Part shown: in pieces, positions 31,057 to 41,078 of the stretch
How positions within the stretch are numbered: position 1 is the stretch's first letter
Layout of the letters: the number at the start of each line of letters is the position of its first letter
Notes under the pieces: generated by a model
What the model saw: the letters and a program-made list of their open reading frames with translations, nothing else
Databases searched by the model: none
Told to the model about the DNA's origin: nothing
Program-made: the position numbers and the translations under genes
Assembly (NCBI GenBank): GCA_036390115.1
Contig: DASWCM010000003.1
Span: forward strand, 101,111-165,110
From: Blattabacteriaceae bacterium
GTDB taxonomy: Bacteria; Bacteroidota; Bacteroidia; Flavobacteriales; Blattabacteriaceae
DNA length: 64,000 nt
Direction: 5' to 3'

Positions 31057-32694
31057 TTAGAACACTTTATTCTTCAAACAAACAGTTTTGTTAAACACCA
31101 GTTTACCCTTTGAGCTATCAGGATCAACACAAAAATAACCTAAGCGTTGGAATTGGTATTTATCCCCCTCTTTAGCCAACATTAAAGAGGGTTCAGCGTA
31201 ACCATGTACAATTTTTAGAGAATTTGGATTTAAAAAATCCATAAAGTCTCTTCCCTTATTTCCTTCTGGATTTTCTTCTAAAAAAAGATTATTATATAAA
31301 CGTACTTCTATTTCAAAAGAATGCTTTATAGAGACCCAATGCAAAGTTCCTTTAATATTTCTATTCTTTTTTATTACACTACCTGATTTCCTATTAGGAT
31401 CATACAAACAGTGGACTCTTACAATTTTTCCATTAATATCTTTAACGGCTTTAACTGCTTTTATAATATAGGCATTTTTTAGCCTAACTTCTTGATCTAG
31501 AGTTAAACGAAAAAATCTTTTCGAAGCATTTTCCATAAAGTCATCTCTTTCTATAAATAAAAACTTTGAAAAAGGAATTTTTTCTGTCTGATTTATTTCC
31601 CCAGAAACCCATTCCACATAATTATCTGGTAAATTATCTATTACCAACTCAATAGGATCTAGAACCACCATAACTCTAGGCGTGATTTCGTTCAAATGTT
31701 CACGAATAAAAAATTCGAGTAAAGATAGGTTAATTAAGTTATCCCGTTTTGCCACCCCTATTCTATTACAAAAATCTCTTATAGATTTAGCTGTATATCC
31801 TCTTCTTCTTAAACCTCTTAAAGTTGGCATCCTAGGATCATCCCATCCACTGACTACCCCTTCTTCCACTATACGATGAAGCTTTCTTTTACTCAAAAGA
31901 GTATAACTTAGGTTAAGTCTAGAAAATTCTATTTGCGTAGGACGGATTTGGTCTTCTTTTTTAGGGATCTGATCCAGATACCAATCATATAGTGGCCTGT
32001 GATTTTCAAATTCAAGAGAACATAAAGAATGGGATATTTTTTCGATATAGTCTGATTGACCATGTGCCCAATCATAAGTTGGATAAATGCACCACTTATT
32101 TTTAGCATGGTGATGTTCTTTTTTAATAATTCGATACATGATTGGGTCACGCAAATTCATGTTAGAAGAACTCATGTCTATCTTTGCTCTAAGTACATAA
32201 CTTCCTTCTTCAAATTCCCCTGATTTCATCCTTTTAAATAAATTTAGGTTTTCTTCTATAGAACGAGACCTAAAAGGACTTGAAATTCCAACTTCAAAAG
32301 GCGTCTTTCTATTATAGTTAATAATATCTTTTGTTTGTTCCTCCACGTACGCCTTGCCAAATTTTATAAGAGATTTACTCCATTTGTATAAATCTTCGAA
32401 ATAATCGGAAGCGTAACATTCCTTATACCATTTAAAACCTAGCCATTGGATGTCTTTTTTAATTTCTTCTACATAATAATTTTTCTCTTTTGTTGGATTG
32501 GTGTCATCAAACCTCAAATTTACGGGTACTCTATATTTTTCCCCAAATCCGAAATTTAAACAAATCGCCTTAGCGTGGCCTATATGAAGGTAACCGTTAG
32601 GTTCTGGAGGAAAACGAAAGTGAAGCTTTTCTTTAGGGAACCCCTTTCTTAAATCTTCTTCTAGAATTTTTTCAATGAAGTTTTTTTCATTCAT
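31057..32694 (-). CDS. glnS: Glutaminyl-tRNA synthetase
   Basis: 545 aa. RFPPEPNGYLHIGHAKA (HIGH), LSKRKL (KMSKS-like) and RFDDTNP. Confidence 0.95.
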   Translation of the reverse strand: MNEKNFIEKILEEDLRKGFPKEKLHFRFPPEPNGYLHIGHAKAICLNFGFGEKYRVPVNLRFDDTNPTKEKNYYVEEIKKDIQWLGFKWYKECYASDYFEDLYKWSKSLIKFGKAYVEEQTKDIINYNRKTPFEVGISSPFRSRSIEENLNLFKRMKSGEFEEGSYVLRAKIDMSSSNMNLRDPIMYRIIKKEHHHAKNKWCIYPTYDWAHGQSDYIEKISHSLCSLEFENHRPLYDWYLDQIPKKEDQIRPTQIEFSRLNLSYTLLSKRKLHRIVEEGVVSGWDDPRMPTLRGLRRRGYTAKSIRDFCNRIGVAKRDNLINLSLLEFFIREHLNEITPRVMVVLDPIELVIDNLPDNYVEWVSGEINQTEKIPFSKFLFIERDDFMENASKRFFRLTLDQEVRLKNAYIIKAVKAVKDINGKIVRVHCLYDPNRKSGSVIKKNRNIKGTLHWVSIKHSFEIEVRLYNNLFLEENPEGNKGRDFMDFLNPNSLKIVHGYAEPSLMLAKEGDKYQFQRLGYFCVDPDSSKGKLVFNKTVCLKNKVF

Positions 32695-32739
32695 TTTATA
32701 TCATTTATAATTAAAAAATATTAGGTTTATATAAAAACT

Positions 32740-34536
32740 ATGAGGGAATACATACGTAATTTTTGCATAATTGCACATATAGATCACGGAAAAAGTACTC
32801 TGGCTGATCGTTTGCTTGAGTTTACTAAAACCGTTTCTGATAAAGAAAAAAAAGATCAACTTCTTGATGACATGGAACTAGAGAGAGAGAGAGGAATTAC
32901 TATAAAAAGTCACGCTATACAAATGACATATACTTATAGAGGTAAAACTTACATTCTCAATTTGATTGATACACCTGGACACTCAGATTTTTCCTCTGAG
33001 GTATCTCGCTCTATTTCTTCCTGCGAAGGAGCTATACTTGTTGTAGATGCTTCTCAAAGTATACAAGCTCAAACGATTTCTAACCTATACTTAGCTTTGG
33101 AGAATAATTTAACCATTATTCCAGTTTTGAATAAGATTGATCTTCCTGTATCTAGAACTTATGAAGTAATCGATGATGTTGTTGAATTGACTTCTTGTCA
33201 TCCTAAAGAAATTATATTAGCTAGTGCTAAAAAAGGACTGGGAATTGAAGAAATTCTTCAAGCCATAATGACACGAATTCCTCCACCTAATGGACTTCCA
33301 TTAGAGCCGCTCCAGGCGTTTATATTTGATTCAAATTATAATCCTTTCAAAGGTGTAGAAATTTATTTTCGCATTATACATGGCTTTATGGTAAAAGGCC
33401 AAAAACTAAAGTTTTTAGCCTCTGGCCAAACATATTCTGCTAATGAGATTGGGATCCTTAAATTGAAAAAAATTTCCAGAGAGTGTATTCAAACAGGTGA
33501 TGTAGGATATGTGATATCTGGAATTAAAGAAGCTAAAGATGTAAAAGTTGGGGATACCTTTACTTCTTCAGAAAACCCAGCTATTTTTCCTTTAAAAAAA
33601 TTTGTAGAATCTAAACCAATGCTTTTTGCAGGCATTTATCCCCTACATAATAAGGATTATGAAGAGTTGAGAACTTCTATGGAAAAATTACGTTTAAATG
33701 ATGCTTCTTTAAGTTTCGTTTCTGAAACTTCAACTGTTTTAGGGTTTGGGTTTCGATGTGGATTACTTGGAAGGCTTCACATGGAAATAGTTAAAGAAAG
33801 GCTTGAAAAAGAATATAATATGACCGTAATTATTTCCATTCCGAATGTTTCTTATCATGTATTTTTAAAAAAAAAAACTAAAAAAGCTATAATAGTTAAA
33901 AATCCATCAGATTTTCCTGATTTAAGTAAATTGGATCGTGTAGAGGAGCCTTATATCCGTGCTGAAATTATTACGATGTACGATTATGTAGGATCCATAA
34001 TATCCTTGTGCTTGGAAAAAAGAGGTGTGATAAAAAATCAATTGCATATTACTTTGCATCGTGTTAAATTGGTTTTTGAAATGCCTTTATCTGAAGTAGT
34101 TTTTGATTTTTATGATCGTTTAAAACAACTTTCTAAAGGGTATGCTTCTTTCGATTATACTCTTTTAGAGTATAGACCTTCCAATTTGGTCAAAATAGAT
34201 ATTCTGATAAATCACCAAGTAGTTGATTCGCTTTCCTTCTTGTCTCATCGAAGTATTTCATTTAAAATGGGAAAAAAAATATGTGAAAAATTACGGGAAC
34301 TCATTCCACGCCATCAATTCGATATTCCTATTCAAGCAACTCTTGGAAGTAAAACTCTTGCTAGAGAAACGATAAAATCTTTTCGAAAAGATGTAACAGC
34401 TAAATGCTATGGGGGAGATTTCTCTAGAAAGAGAAAGTTACTTGAGCAGCAAAAACTAGGAAAAAATAAAATGCGAAATATTGGTAAAATAGAGATTCCA
34501 CAGTCAGCTTTCATAGAAATTTTTAAATTTTCATAG
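32740..34536 (+). CDS. lepA: Elongation factor 4 (LepA)
   Basis: 598 aa. IRNFCIIAHIDHGKSTLADR, DTPGHSDF, NKIDL and the C-terminal LepA domain ..KCYGGDFSRKRKLLEQQK.GK. Confidence 0.96.
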   Translation: MREYIRNFCIIAHIDHGKSTLADRLLEFTKTVSDKEKKDQLLDDMELERERGITIKSHAIQMTYTYRGKTYILNLIDTPGHSDFSSEVSRSISSCEGAILVVDASQSIQAQTISNLYLALENNLTIIPVLNKIDLPVSRTYEVIDDVVELTSCHPKEIILASAKKGLGIEEILQAIMTRIPPPNGLPLEPLQAFIFDSNYNPFKGVEIYFRIIHGFMVKGQKLKFLASGQTYSANEIGILKLKKISRECIQTGDVGYVISGIKEAKDVKVGDTFTSSENPAIFPLKKFVESKPMLFAGIYPLHNKDYEELRTSMEKLRLNDASLSFVSETSTVLGFGFRCGLLGRLHMEIVKERLEKEYNMTVIISIPNVSYHVFLKKKTKKAIIVKNPSDFPDLSKLDRVEEPYIRAEIITMYDYVGSIISLCLEKRGVIKNQLHITLHRVKLVFEMPLSEVVFDFYDRLKQLSKGYASFDYTLLEYRPSNLVKIDILINHQVVDSLSFLSHRSISFKMGKKICEKLRELIPRHQFDIPIQATLGSKTLARETIKSFRKDVTAKCYGGDFSRKRKLLEQQKLGKNKMRNIGKIEIPQSAFIEIFKFS

Positions 34537-34578
34537 AAAAATAAATTTTCTCTTCTTAGATTTTTAAAAGAATGTAAC

Positions 34579-34899
34579 GTGTATGCCATAGTAGATATTG
34601 GAGGATTTCAATGTAAAGTTTTTAATGGAAAATTATCATTCGTTCCTCTTCTAGATTCTGAAATTAATTCAGAAGTATTTTTTGATCTCGTTTATCTAAT
34701 AAACAAAGAAGTAGGAACCCCTATAATAGGGTACCCTTTTATACAAGGATCTTTTGTACAAGTAAAAGTACTGAAACATATAAAAGGGGATAAAATACTT
34801 ATTTTCAAAAAAAAAAGAAGAAAAGGATTTAAAGTTAAACGTGGATATAGAAAAAAAAATACACTAATTAAAGTGATTTCTATTCTTTTGGTAAAATAA
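34579..34899 (+). CDS. rplU: 50S ribosomal protein L21 (GTG start)
   Basis: (M)YAIVDIGGFQCKV is the typical L21 N-terminus. The only in-frame start is GTG at 34579. Confidence 0.92.
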   Translation: MYAIVDIGGFQCKVFNGKLSFVPLLDSEINSEVFFDLVYLINKEVGTPIIGYPFIQGSFVQVKVLKHIKGDKILIFKKKRRKGFKVKRGYRKKNTLIKVISILLVK

Positions 34900-34905
34900 T
34901 ATTTT

Positions 34906-35157
34906 ATGGCTCATAAAAAGGGTGTCGGTAGTTCTAGAAATGGAAGAGATTCGAAAAGTAAGCGATTAGGGGTTAAAATTTTTGGGGGTCAGTTAGCTAA
35001 AGTAGGAAATATAATAGTACGACAACGAGGGACAAAATATTTATCTGGTAGATGGGTAGGGGTTGGAAGAGATCACACTTTATATGCAAAAGCAGAAGGA
35101 AAGGTTTTTTTCAGAAAGAAAGCGAATATTTCTTTCGTTTCTATAGAAACAATATGA
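34906..35157 (+). CDS. rpmA: 50S ribosomal protein L27
   Basis: [24 protein letters not shown] start; follows rplU. Confidence 0.96.
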   Translation: MAHKKGVGSSRNGRDSKSKRLGVKIFGGQLAKVGNIIVRQRGTKYLSGRWVGVGRDHTLYAKAEGKVFFRKKANISFVSIETI

Positions 35158-35161
35158 TCTG

Positions 35162-35236
35162 GACTGGGTAGCTCAGATAGGACAGAGCTGCAGTTTCCTA
35201 AACTGTAGGCCGCAGGTTCGAATCCTGCCCTGGTTG
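35162..35236 (+). tRNA. tRNA-Arg (anticodon CCT), acceptor stem with three G-U pairs
   Basis: Hand-folded. Acceptor gactggg/cctggtt, D arm tagctcagataggacagagc, anticodon stem gcagt/actgt, loop ttCCTaa, T arm gcagg-ttcgaat-cctgc. No complete CCA is encoded. Confidence 0.75.
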
Positions 35237-35262
35237 CCTACATACATAAAAAAAATATAAAT

Positions 35263-36654
35263 ATGCTGCCTATTCAGTATAGATACAAAAGGAGGAAATT
35301 GTATATAGAAAATTACGGATGTCAAATGAATTTTTCTGATAGCGAAATAGTAACTTCGTTCTTAAAAGAAGATGGATTTGAACCAACTAATAATTTTGAA
35401 GAAGCGGATTTATTATTTATAAATACTTGTTCAATACGAGAAAAAGCTGAAAAAAACGTAAAAAATCGTTTAAAAATATTTAATATTTTAAAAAAAAAAA
35501 AACCGAAGCTTATAATAGGAATGCTTGGCTGCATGGCCGAACGTTTAAAGTTCAAACTCTTAGAAGAAGAAAAACTCGTTGATTTAATCGTAGGGCCTGA
35601 CTCTTATAGAAACATTCCTCACTTAATTAAGTTAGTTGAATCTAAAAATGCTGGGAATGTTTCTATTTCTTCTTATAAAGAAGAGACATATGCAGATATT
35701 AAACCAGTTAGGGAAAATGGAGTTACTGCTTTCATAAGTATTACGCGTGGTTGTGATAATATGTGTAGTTTTTGCATAGTTCCTTTTACTCGAGGAAGAG
35801 AGAGAAGTAGAGATCCTAAAAGTATTATAGAAGAATGCGAAGAATTATGGAAAAAATCTTACCAAGAAATTACTCTTCTAGGGCAAAATGTGGATTCTTA
35901 TATTTGGTACGGAGGTGGGGTAAAAAAAGATTTTCATAAAGCTTCAAATTTAAAAAAATATAAATCTATAAATTTTGCTAAACTCCTTGAGTTTATCGCT
36001 AAAGCTGTTCCATCCATGCGTATCCGTTTTTCTACATCCAATCCTTGTGATATGTCGGAAGAAGTTTTGGAAACCATTTCTCGGAATACGAATATTTGCC
36101 AGCACATACATTTACCAGTCCAATCTGGAAGCACTAGAGTACTTCAACGAATGAATCGCAAATACACTCGCATTGAATACCTTTCTTTAATTAGAAGGAT
36201 TAGAACAATCCTTCCTGATTGTTCGATCTCTCAGGATATAATTACAGGTTTTTGTGGAGAAAGGGACCAAGATCATATTGATACATTGAGTTTAATGGAA
36301 TTCGTTAAGTATGACTTTGGCTATATGTTCGCCTATTCATCTCGTCCTGGAACCTTTGCTGAAAAAAACCTTAAAGATGATGTTCCTGAAAAAATTAAAA
36401 AACGTAGACTTTCTGAAATTATAGATTTACAACGAAAACATTCTTATGAACGAATACAGAGACATGTTGGAAAGGTACAGGAAGTTTTAATTGAGGGTGA
36501 ATCAAAGAAAAGTAAATATCATTGGTATGGAAGAAACTCTCAAAACGCAGTTGTAGTTTTTCCAAAAGATAATTCTCATTTAGGAGACTTGGTTAAAGTA
36601 AAAATTAATGATTGTACGGCTGCTACATTAATAGGGGAAGTTTTAAACCATTAG
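35263..36654 (+). CDS. miaB: tRNA-i6A37 methylthiotransferase MiaB
   Basis: 463 aa. YIENYGCQMNFSDSE (UPF0004 domain), radical SAM CDNMCSFCIVPFTRG, and a C-terminal TRAM domain. Confidence 0.93.
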   Translation: MLPIQYRYKRRKLYIENYGCQMNFSDSEIVTSFLKEDGFEPTNNFEEADLLFINTCSIREKAEKNVKNRLKIFNILKKKKPKLIIGMLGCMAERLKFKLLEEEKLVDLIVGPDSYRNIPHLIKLVESKNAGNVSISSYKEETYADIKPVRENGVTAFISITRGCDNMCSFCIVPFTRGRERSRDPKSIIEECEELWKKSYQEITLLGQNVDSYIWYGGGVKKDFHKASNLKKYKSINFAKLLEFIAKAVPSMRIRFSTSNPCDMSEEVLETISRNTNICQHIHLPVQSGSTRVLQRMNRKYTRIEYLSLIRRIRTILPDCSISQDIITGFCGERDQDHIDTLSLMEFVKYDFGYMFAYSSRPGTFAEKNLKDDVPEKIKKRRLSEIIDLQRKHSYERIQRHVGKVQEVLIEGESKKSKYHWYGRNSQNAVVVFPKDNSHLGDLVKVKINDCTAATLIGEVLNH

Positions 36655-36741
36655 TATATATGGTAACGATTTTTTGCTAAACGAATATAAATTGATTTAA
36701 TCTAAGGTAATATGGGAATTCTTGAAAAGAGAAAACATTTT

Positions 36742-36981
36742 ATGTTTCTTTATGTATTTTTGGCGGTAATTCTTATTTTTACTTGTTTACTACTTACCGT
36801 AGTGATAACAATACAAAATCCTAAAAGAGATTCTCTTTCTTATTCTTCTTTAGGAGATAAAAGCATTCAAATATTCGGGGTTCAACGTGTTATAAATTTT
36901 TGGGAAAAGCTTACTTGTATTTTAGCGATTTTAATTTTTATTTTTATTTATTTTTTTAATAAAATTTTAAAAAACAGATAG
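36742..36981 (+). CDS. secG: Preprotein translocase subunit SecG (probable)
   Basis: Small two-TM protein directly upstream of groES. VVITIQNPKRDSLS resembles the flavobacterial SecG motif V.QNPKGGGLS. ..FGVQRVINFWEKLTCILAILIF resembles GV.K..DFL...TW.LA. The start could also be 36712. Confidence 0.65.
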   Translation: MFLYVFLAVILIFTCLLLTVVITIQNPKRDSLSYSSLGDKSIQIFGVQRVINFWEKLTCILAILIFIFIYFFNKILKNR

Positions 36982-36996
36982 TATAAAATAATTTAT

Positions 36997-37275
36997 ATGG
37001 AAGAGTTAAAAATTAAACCTTTAGCAGATCGCGTAATTGTGGAACCTGCGCCAGTAGAAAGTAAAACCGCTTCAGGGCTTATTATTCCTGATACAGCAAA
37101 GGAGAAACCTCAAGAAGGGGTAGTTGTAGCTGTAGGACCTGGAAAAAGAAATGAATCTATGACAGTAAAGGAGGGTAATAAAGTATTGTATGGAAAATAT
37201 TCAGGCACTGAATTGAGAATATACGGGAAAGATTACCTGATTATGCGTGAATCGGACATTTTTGCAATTATTTAA
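36997..37275 (+). CDS. groES: Co-chaperonin GroES
   Basis: 92 aa. [40 protein letters not shown]. Confidence 0.97.
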   Translation: MEELKIKPLADRVIVEPAPVESKTASGLIIPDTAKEKPQEGVVVAVGPGKRNESMTVKEGNKVLYGKYSGTELRIYGKDYLIMRESDIFAII

Positions 37276-37286
37276 ATTAAATTCTT

Positions 37287-38915
37287 GTGGCTAAAGATAT
37301 AAAATTTGATGTAGGGGCCAGAGACAGATTGAAAACAGGTGTAGATATCCTAGCTAATGCTGTAAAAGTAACTTTAGGTCCGAAAGGAAGAAATGTAGTT
37401 TTCCAAAAATCTTTTGGAAGTCCTCACGTAACGAAAGATGGGGTTACTGTTGCAAAAGAAATTGAATTAGAAGATGCCATTGAAAACTTAGGGGCGCAGA
37501 TGGTTAAAGAGGTTGCATCAAAAACCAACGATGTGGCTGGGGATGGAACTACGACAGCTACGGTATTAGCACAAGCTCTCATACGAGAGGGTTTAAAAAA
37601 TGTTGCAGCTGGTGCAAATCCTATGGATTTGAAAAGAGGTATCGATAAAGCTGTGGAGGTAGTGGTAGAAAATCTAAAAAGTCAATCCCAAAAAGTAGGT
37701 GAAAAAGGAGAAAAAATTAAACAAGTAGCTTCTATATCTGCTAATAATGATGAAGAAATAGGTTCTTTAATAGCTAATGCTTTCGAAAAGGTAAAAAAAG
37801 AAGGGGTAATTACTGTAGAAGAGGCAAAAAGCATGGAAACCACTGTAGATGTTGTTGAAGGTATGCAATTTGACCGAGGATATCAATCTCCATATTTTGT
37901 TACTAATTCAGAAAAAATGGTGACTGAGCTAGATAATCCATACATACTTATCTACGATAAAAAGATATCTTCAATGAAAGATCTTATGCCGATATTAGAA
38001 TCGGTAGCTCAATCTGGAAAACCTTTTTTAATCATTTCTGAAGAAGTTGAAGGGGAAGCTTTAGCCACTTTGGTTGTTAATAAGCTTAGAGGGATTTTAA
38101 AAGTAGCTGCTGTTAAAGCTCCAGGTTTTGGAGATCGTAGGGAAGCAATGCTTGAAGATCTTGCGATCCTCACTAGAGGAATACTGGTTTCTGAAAAAAC
38201 TGGGCAAAAGCTTGAAGATGTGAAAATAGATATGCTAGGACGTGCAGAAAGAGTTACCATAGACAAAGACAATACAACTATTGTCAATGGATATGGAAAT
38301 AAAGAAAGTATAAAAGGAAGGATTAATGAAATAAAAACTCAGATAGAGAATACCACTTCTGATTATGATAAAGAAAAACTTCAAGAACGTTTAGCTAAAT
38401 TAGCAGGGGGGGTAGCCGTTCTTTACGTTGGAGCAGCTTCTGAAGTAGAAATGAAAGAGAAGAAAGATAGAGTAAATGATGCACTAAATGCTACTCGTGC
38501 AGCTGTAGAGGAAGGAATTGTAGCTGGAGGGGGGGTAGCTTTAGTAAGAGCTGTAAAAGCTCTTCAAAATATCCAAACTGATAATGTAGATCAAAATACA
38601 GGAGTTAAAATAGTTAAACGAGCTTTAGAAGAACCTTTACGTCAAATTGTTGCGAATGCTGGAGAAGAAGGATCAGTAGTAGTAGCAAAAGTGGCAGAGG
38701 GAATAGACGATTTTGGATATGATGCTAAGTCAGGTCAATATAAAAATATGATTAAGGCTGGAATAATCGATCCTACAAAGGTAACCCGCGTAGCATTGGA
38801 AAATGCTTCTTCAGTAGGTTCCATGCTTTTAACTACTGAATGTGTAGTTACAGAAATTAAAAAAGATGAACCTGCTACGCCACCTGGCGTAGGAATGGGA
38901 GGTGGAATGATTTAA
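37287..38915 (+). CDS. groEL: Chaperonin GroEL (GTG start)
   Basis: 542 aa. (M)[18 protein letters not shown], and the C-terminal GGM-type tail [10 protein letters not shown]. Confidence 0.98.
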   Translation: MAKDIKFDVGARDRLKTGVDILANAVKVTLGPKGRNVVFQKSFGSPHVTKDGVTVAKEIELEDAIENLGAQMVKEVASKTNDVAGDGTTTATVLAQALIREGLKNVAAGANPMDLKRGIDKAVEVVVENLKSQSQKVGEKGEKIKQVASISANNDEEIGSLIANAFEKVKKEGVITVEEAKSMETTVDVVEGMQFDRGYQSPYFVTNSEKMVTELDNPYILIYDKKISSMKDLMPILESVAQSGKPFLIISEEVEGEALATLVVNKLRGILKVAAVKAPGFGDRREAMLEDLAILTRGILVSEKTGQKLEDVKIDMLGRAERVTIDKDNTTIVNGYGNKESIKGRINEIKTQIENTTSDYDKEKLQERLAKLAGGVAVLYVGAASEVEMKEKKDRVNDALNATRAAVEEGIVAGGGVALVRAVKALQNIQTDNVDQNTGVKIVKRALEEPLRQIVANAGEEGSVVVAKVAEGIDDFGYDAKSGQYKNMIKAGIIDPTKVTRVALENASSVGSMLLTTECVVTEIKKDEPATPPGVGMGGGMI

Positions 38916-38954
38916 TATTATAACTTTTTAGCAAACTGCCAAGAATATTATCTA

Positions 38955-40514
38955 TTATTGGGTATAATGTGAGACTATTATTCTTTTTAATTCCTTATTA
39001 AATTCAATAATTTTAAATTTATCATTTTTTTTAATTTTTTTTTCTAAAAAACGAGCTGGAGCAAAAGCTTCTACCAAAAATTTTTTTTGACTTCCTAATA
39101 GGATTGTTACTCCTTTATCAAAAACCTCTATCGGTACTCCGAAATGGAGACTATCCAAGACATATATTTTTTCATATAGATCCCATGTATTCTCCATAAG
39201 CTGTTTATGTCCTAAATTTATACGTCTATTATTAACATCTAAATTTAAGATAACCACCTCCATTTTATCTCCTTTTTTGCAAAATCCTGAAGGATGTTTT
39301 ATCTTTTTGTACCAAGTAAGATCTTTAGACGATACGACCCCACTAATCCCTTTTTCCAATTCTACAAAAACCCCAAAATTAGCAAAACTGTGAATAATTC
39401 CAGTATGTTTTGAATTTATGGGATATTTATCGTAAATATTCATCCAAGGATCTGGAGTTATCCTTTTTATACTCAAATATATTTTTTTTTCTTTACGGTC
39501 TATTCCTGTAATTATAGCATCTACTTTATCCCCTATTTTTAGAAAATCTTGTGCAGAAAGAAGATGGAAATCCCAAGATATTTCACTCGTATGGATCAAT
39601 CCTTCAATTCCAGGAAAAATTTCTACCAAAGCCCCATAATCAGACAGTAAAGTTACTACGCCCTTTACTTTATATCCAACCCCAATGTTAGGATCCAAGG
39701 CATCCCACGGATGGGGAAGTAGCTGTTTTAATCCAAGTTGAATTCTATTATTGGTATAATCGACATTTAGTACAACACATTTAACCTTTTGACCAATCTC
39801 TACTAACTCTGAAGGATGATCAATTCGATTCCATTTCATATCAGTAATATGAATCAAAGCATCTATTCCTCCTATTTTAGCAAAAACCCCGTAATTAGTA
39901 ATATTTTTTACCGTACCTTCAACTACTTGCCCTTTTTCCATACAAGCGATTATCTCTTTTTTATGTTCTTCAATATCTCGCTCCATTAATATTTTATGAG
40001 AAACAACAATATTTTTCGTTTTTTTATTGATTTTGACTACTTTTACAGCAATAGGTTTTCCAACGAATTGGTCAAAATCTCGTATGGGCTTCACATTTAT
40101 ATGTGAACCAGGTAAAAAACATTCAATTTCTAGAGCTTTTACTAGCAATCCCCCTTTAGTTCTAGCTAATACTATTCCTAAAAGGATTTCATCTTTTTCA
40201 TAACTAAAGTTAATACGTTCCCAATTTTTAAGAATTTTTGCTTTTTTATGGGAGAATATGCATTGACCTTTATAATCCATCTTCTCAATCATTACATCTA
40301 CAATGCTCCCAATTTTTAGCTCTTGTTTTTTTTTAAATTCTCTTAAGGGAATCACCCCTTCAGATTTAAAACCAATATCCACTATTGCTTCTCTATTGGA
40401 AAGATGGGATATAACTCCTTTATATATTTTACATTCTTGAATATCTGGGATAGTTTCCGTATAGATTTTTTTTAAATTTACCTCTACACCTGTTATTTTT
40501 TTATTGTTTTTCAT
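38955..40514 (-). CDS. rpsA: 30S ribosomal protein S1
   Basis: 519 aa with repeated S1 (OB) domains, e.g. G.V..I...GA.V....IEGLIH.SE. Confidence 0.92.
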   Translation of the reverse strand: MKNNKKITGVEVNLKKIYTETIPDIQECKIYKGVISHLSNREAIVDIGFKSEGVIPLREFKKKQELKIGSIVDVMIEKMDYKGQCIFSHKKAKILKNWERINFSYEKDEILLGIVLARTKGGLLVKALEIECFLPGSHINVKPIRDFDQFVGKPIAVKVVKINKKTKNIVVSHKILMERDIEEHKKEIIACMEKGQVVEGTVKNITNYGVFAKIGGIDALIHITDMKWNRIDHPSELVEIGQKVKCVVLNVDYTNNRIQLGLKQLLPHPWDALDPNIGVGYKVKGVVTLLSDYGALVEIFPGIEGLIHTSEISWDFHLLSAQDFLKIGDKVDAIITGIDRKEKKIYLSIKRITPDPWMNIYDKYPINSKHTGIIHSFANFGVFVELEKGISGVVSSKDLTWYKKIKHPSGFCKKGDKMEVVILNLDVNNRRINLGHKQLMENTWDLYEKIYVLDSLHFGVPIEVFDKGVTILLGSQKKFLVEAFAPARFLEKKIKKNDKFKIIEFNKELKRIIVSHYTQ

Positions 40515-40525
40515 GGTTATTATTT

Positions 40526-41077
40526 TTATAAATTTTTAAAAAAACTAAAATAAGTATCTCCGTATTTCTTAGTCCCCCTATAATAGGGGAGACTCATAAC
40601 AAAATAATTTTTCTTAGCTGAATGTTCCAAAATAATTAAACCATTTGTTTTAATACACCCATTTTTTTTCAAAACTAATTGAAACAATAACTCCAAATTA
40701 CTATTCTCTATATGGTAAGGAGGATCAGCAAAAATTATATCGAAAGTAGGAATATTTTTATTAAAAAAATGAAAAGCGTTTTCACAAAATATTTGCATTT
40801 TCTTGGAAATTTTAAACTTCTTAGAAGTTTCCTTTATATACTTTGTGCAAAGGCAATTTACGTCAACGCAATAAACCATCAAAGCTCCTCGAGAAATAAA
40901 TTCAAAACTAATACTTCCTGTTCCGCTGAATATATCTAGAACAAGAAGATTATTTTCTAAATAATTAGATAATACGTTGAATAAAGATTCTTTAGCTTTA
41001 TCCATAGTCGGTCTAACGTAAATATTTTTAGGGGGATAAAATTTTCTACCTTTTAATTTTCCTGAAATAATTCGCAT
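40526..41077 (-). CDS. rsmD: 16S rRNA (guanine966-N2)-methyltransferase RsmD
   Basis: I take the internal Met as the start (MRIISGKLKGRKF). RPTMDKAKESLFNVL, LDIFSGTGSISFE and FADPPY motifs. Confidence 0.88.
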   Translation of the reverse strand: MRIISGKLKGRKFYPPKNIYVRPTMDKAKESLFNVLSNYLENNLLVLDIFSGTGSISFEFISRGALMVYCVDVNCLCTKYIKETSKKFKISKKMQIFCENAFHFFNKNIPTFDIIFADPPYHIENSNLELLFQLVLKKNGCIKTNGLIILEHSAKKNYFVMSLPYYRGTKKYGDTYFSFFKNL

Positions 41078-41078
41078 A

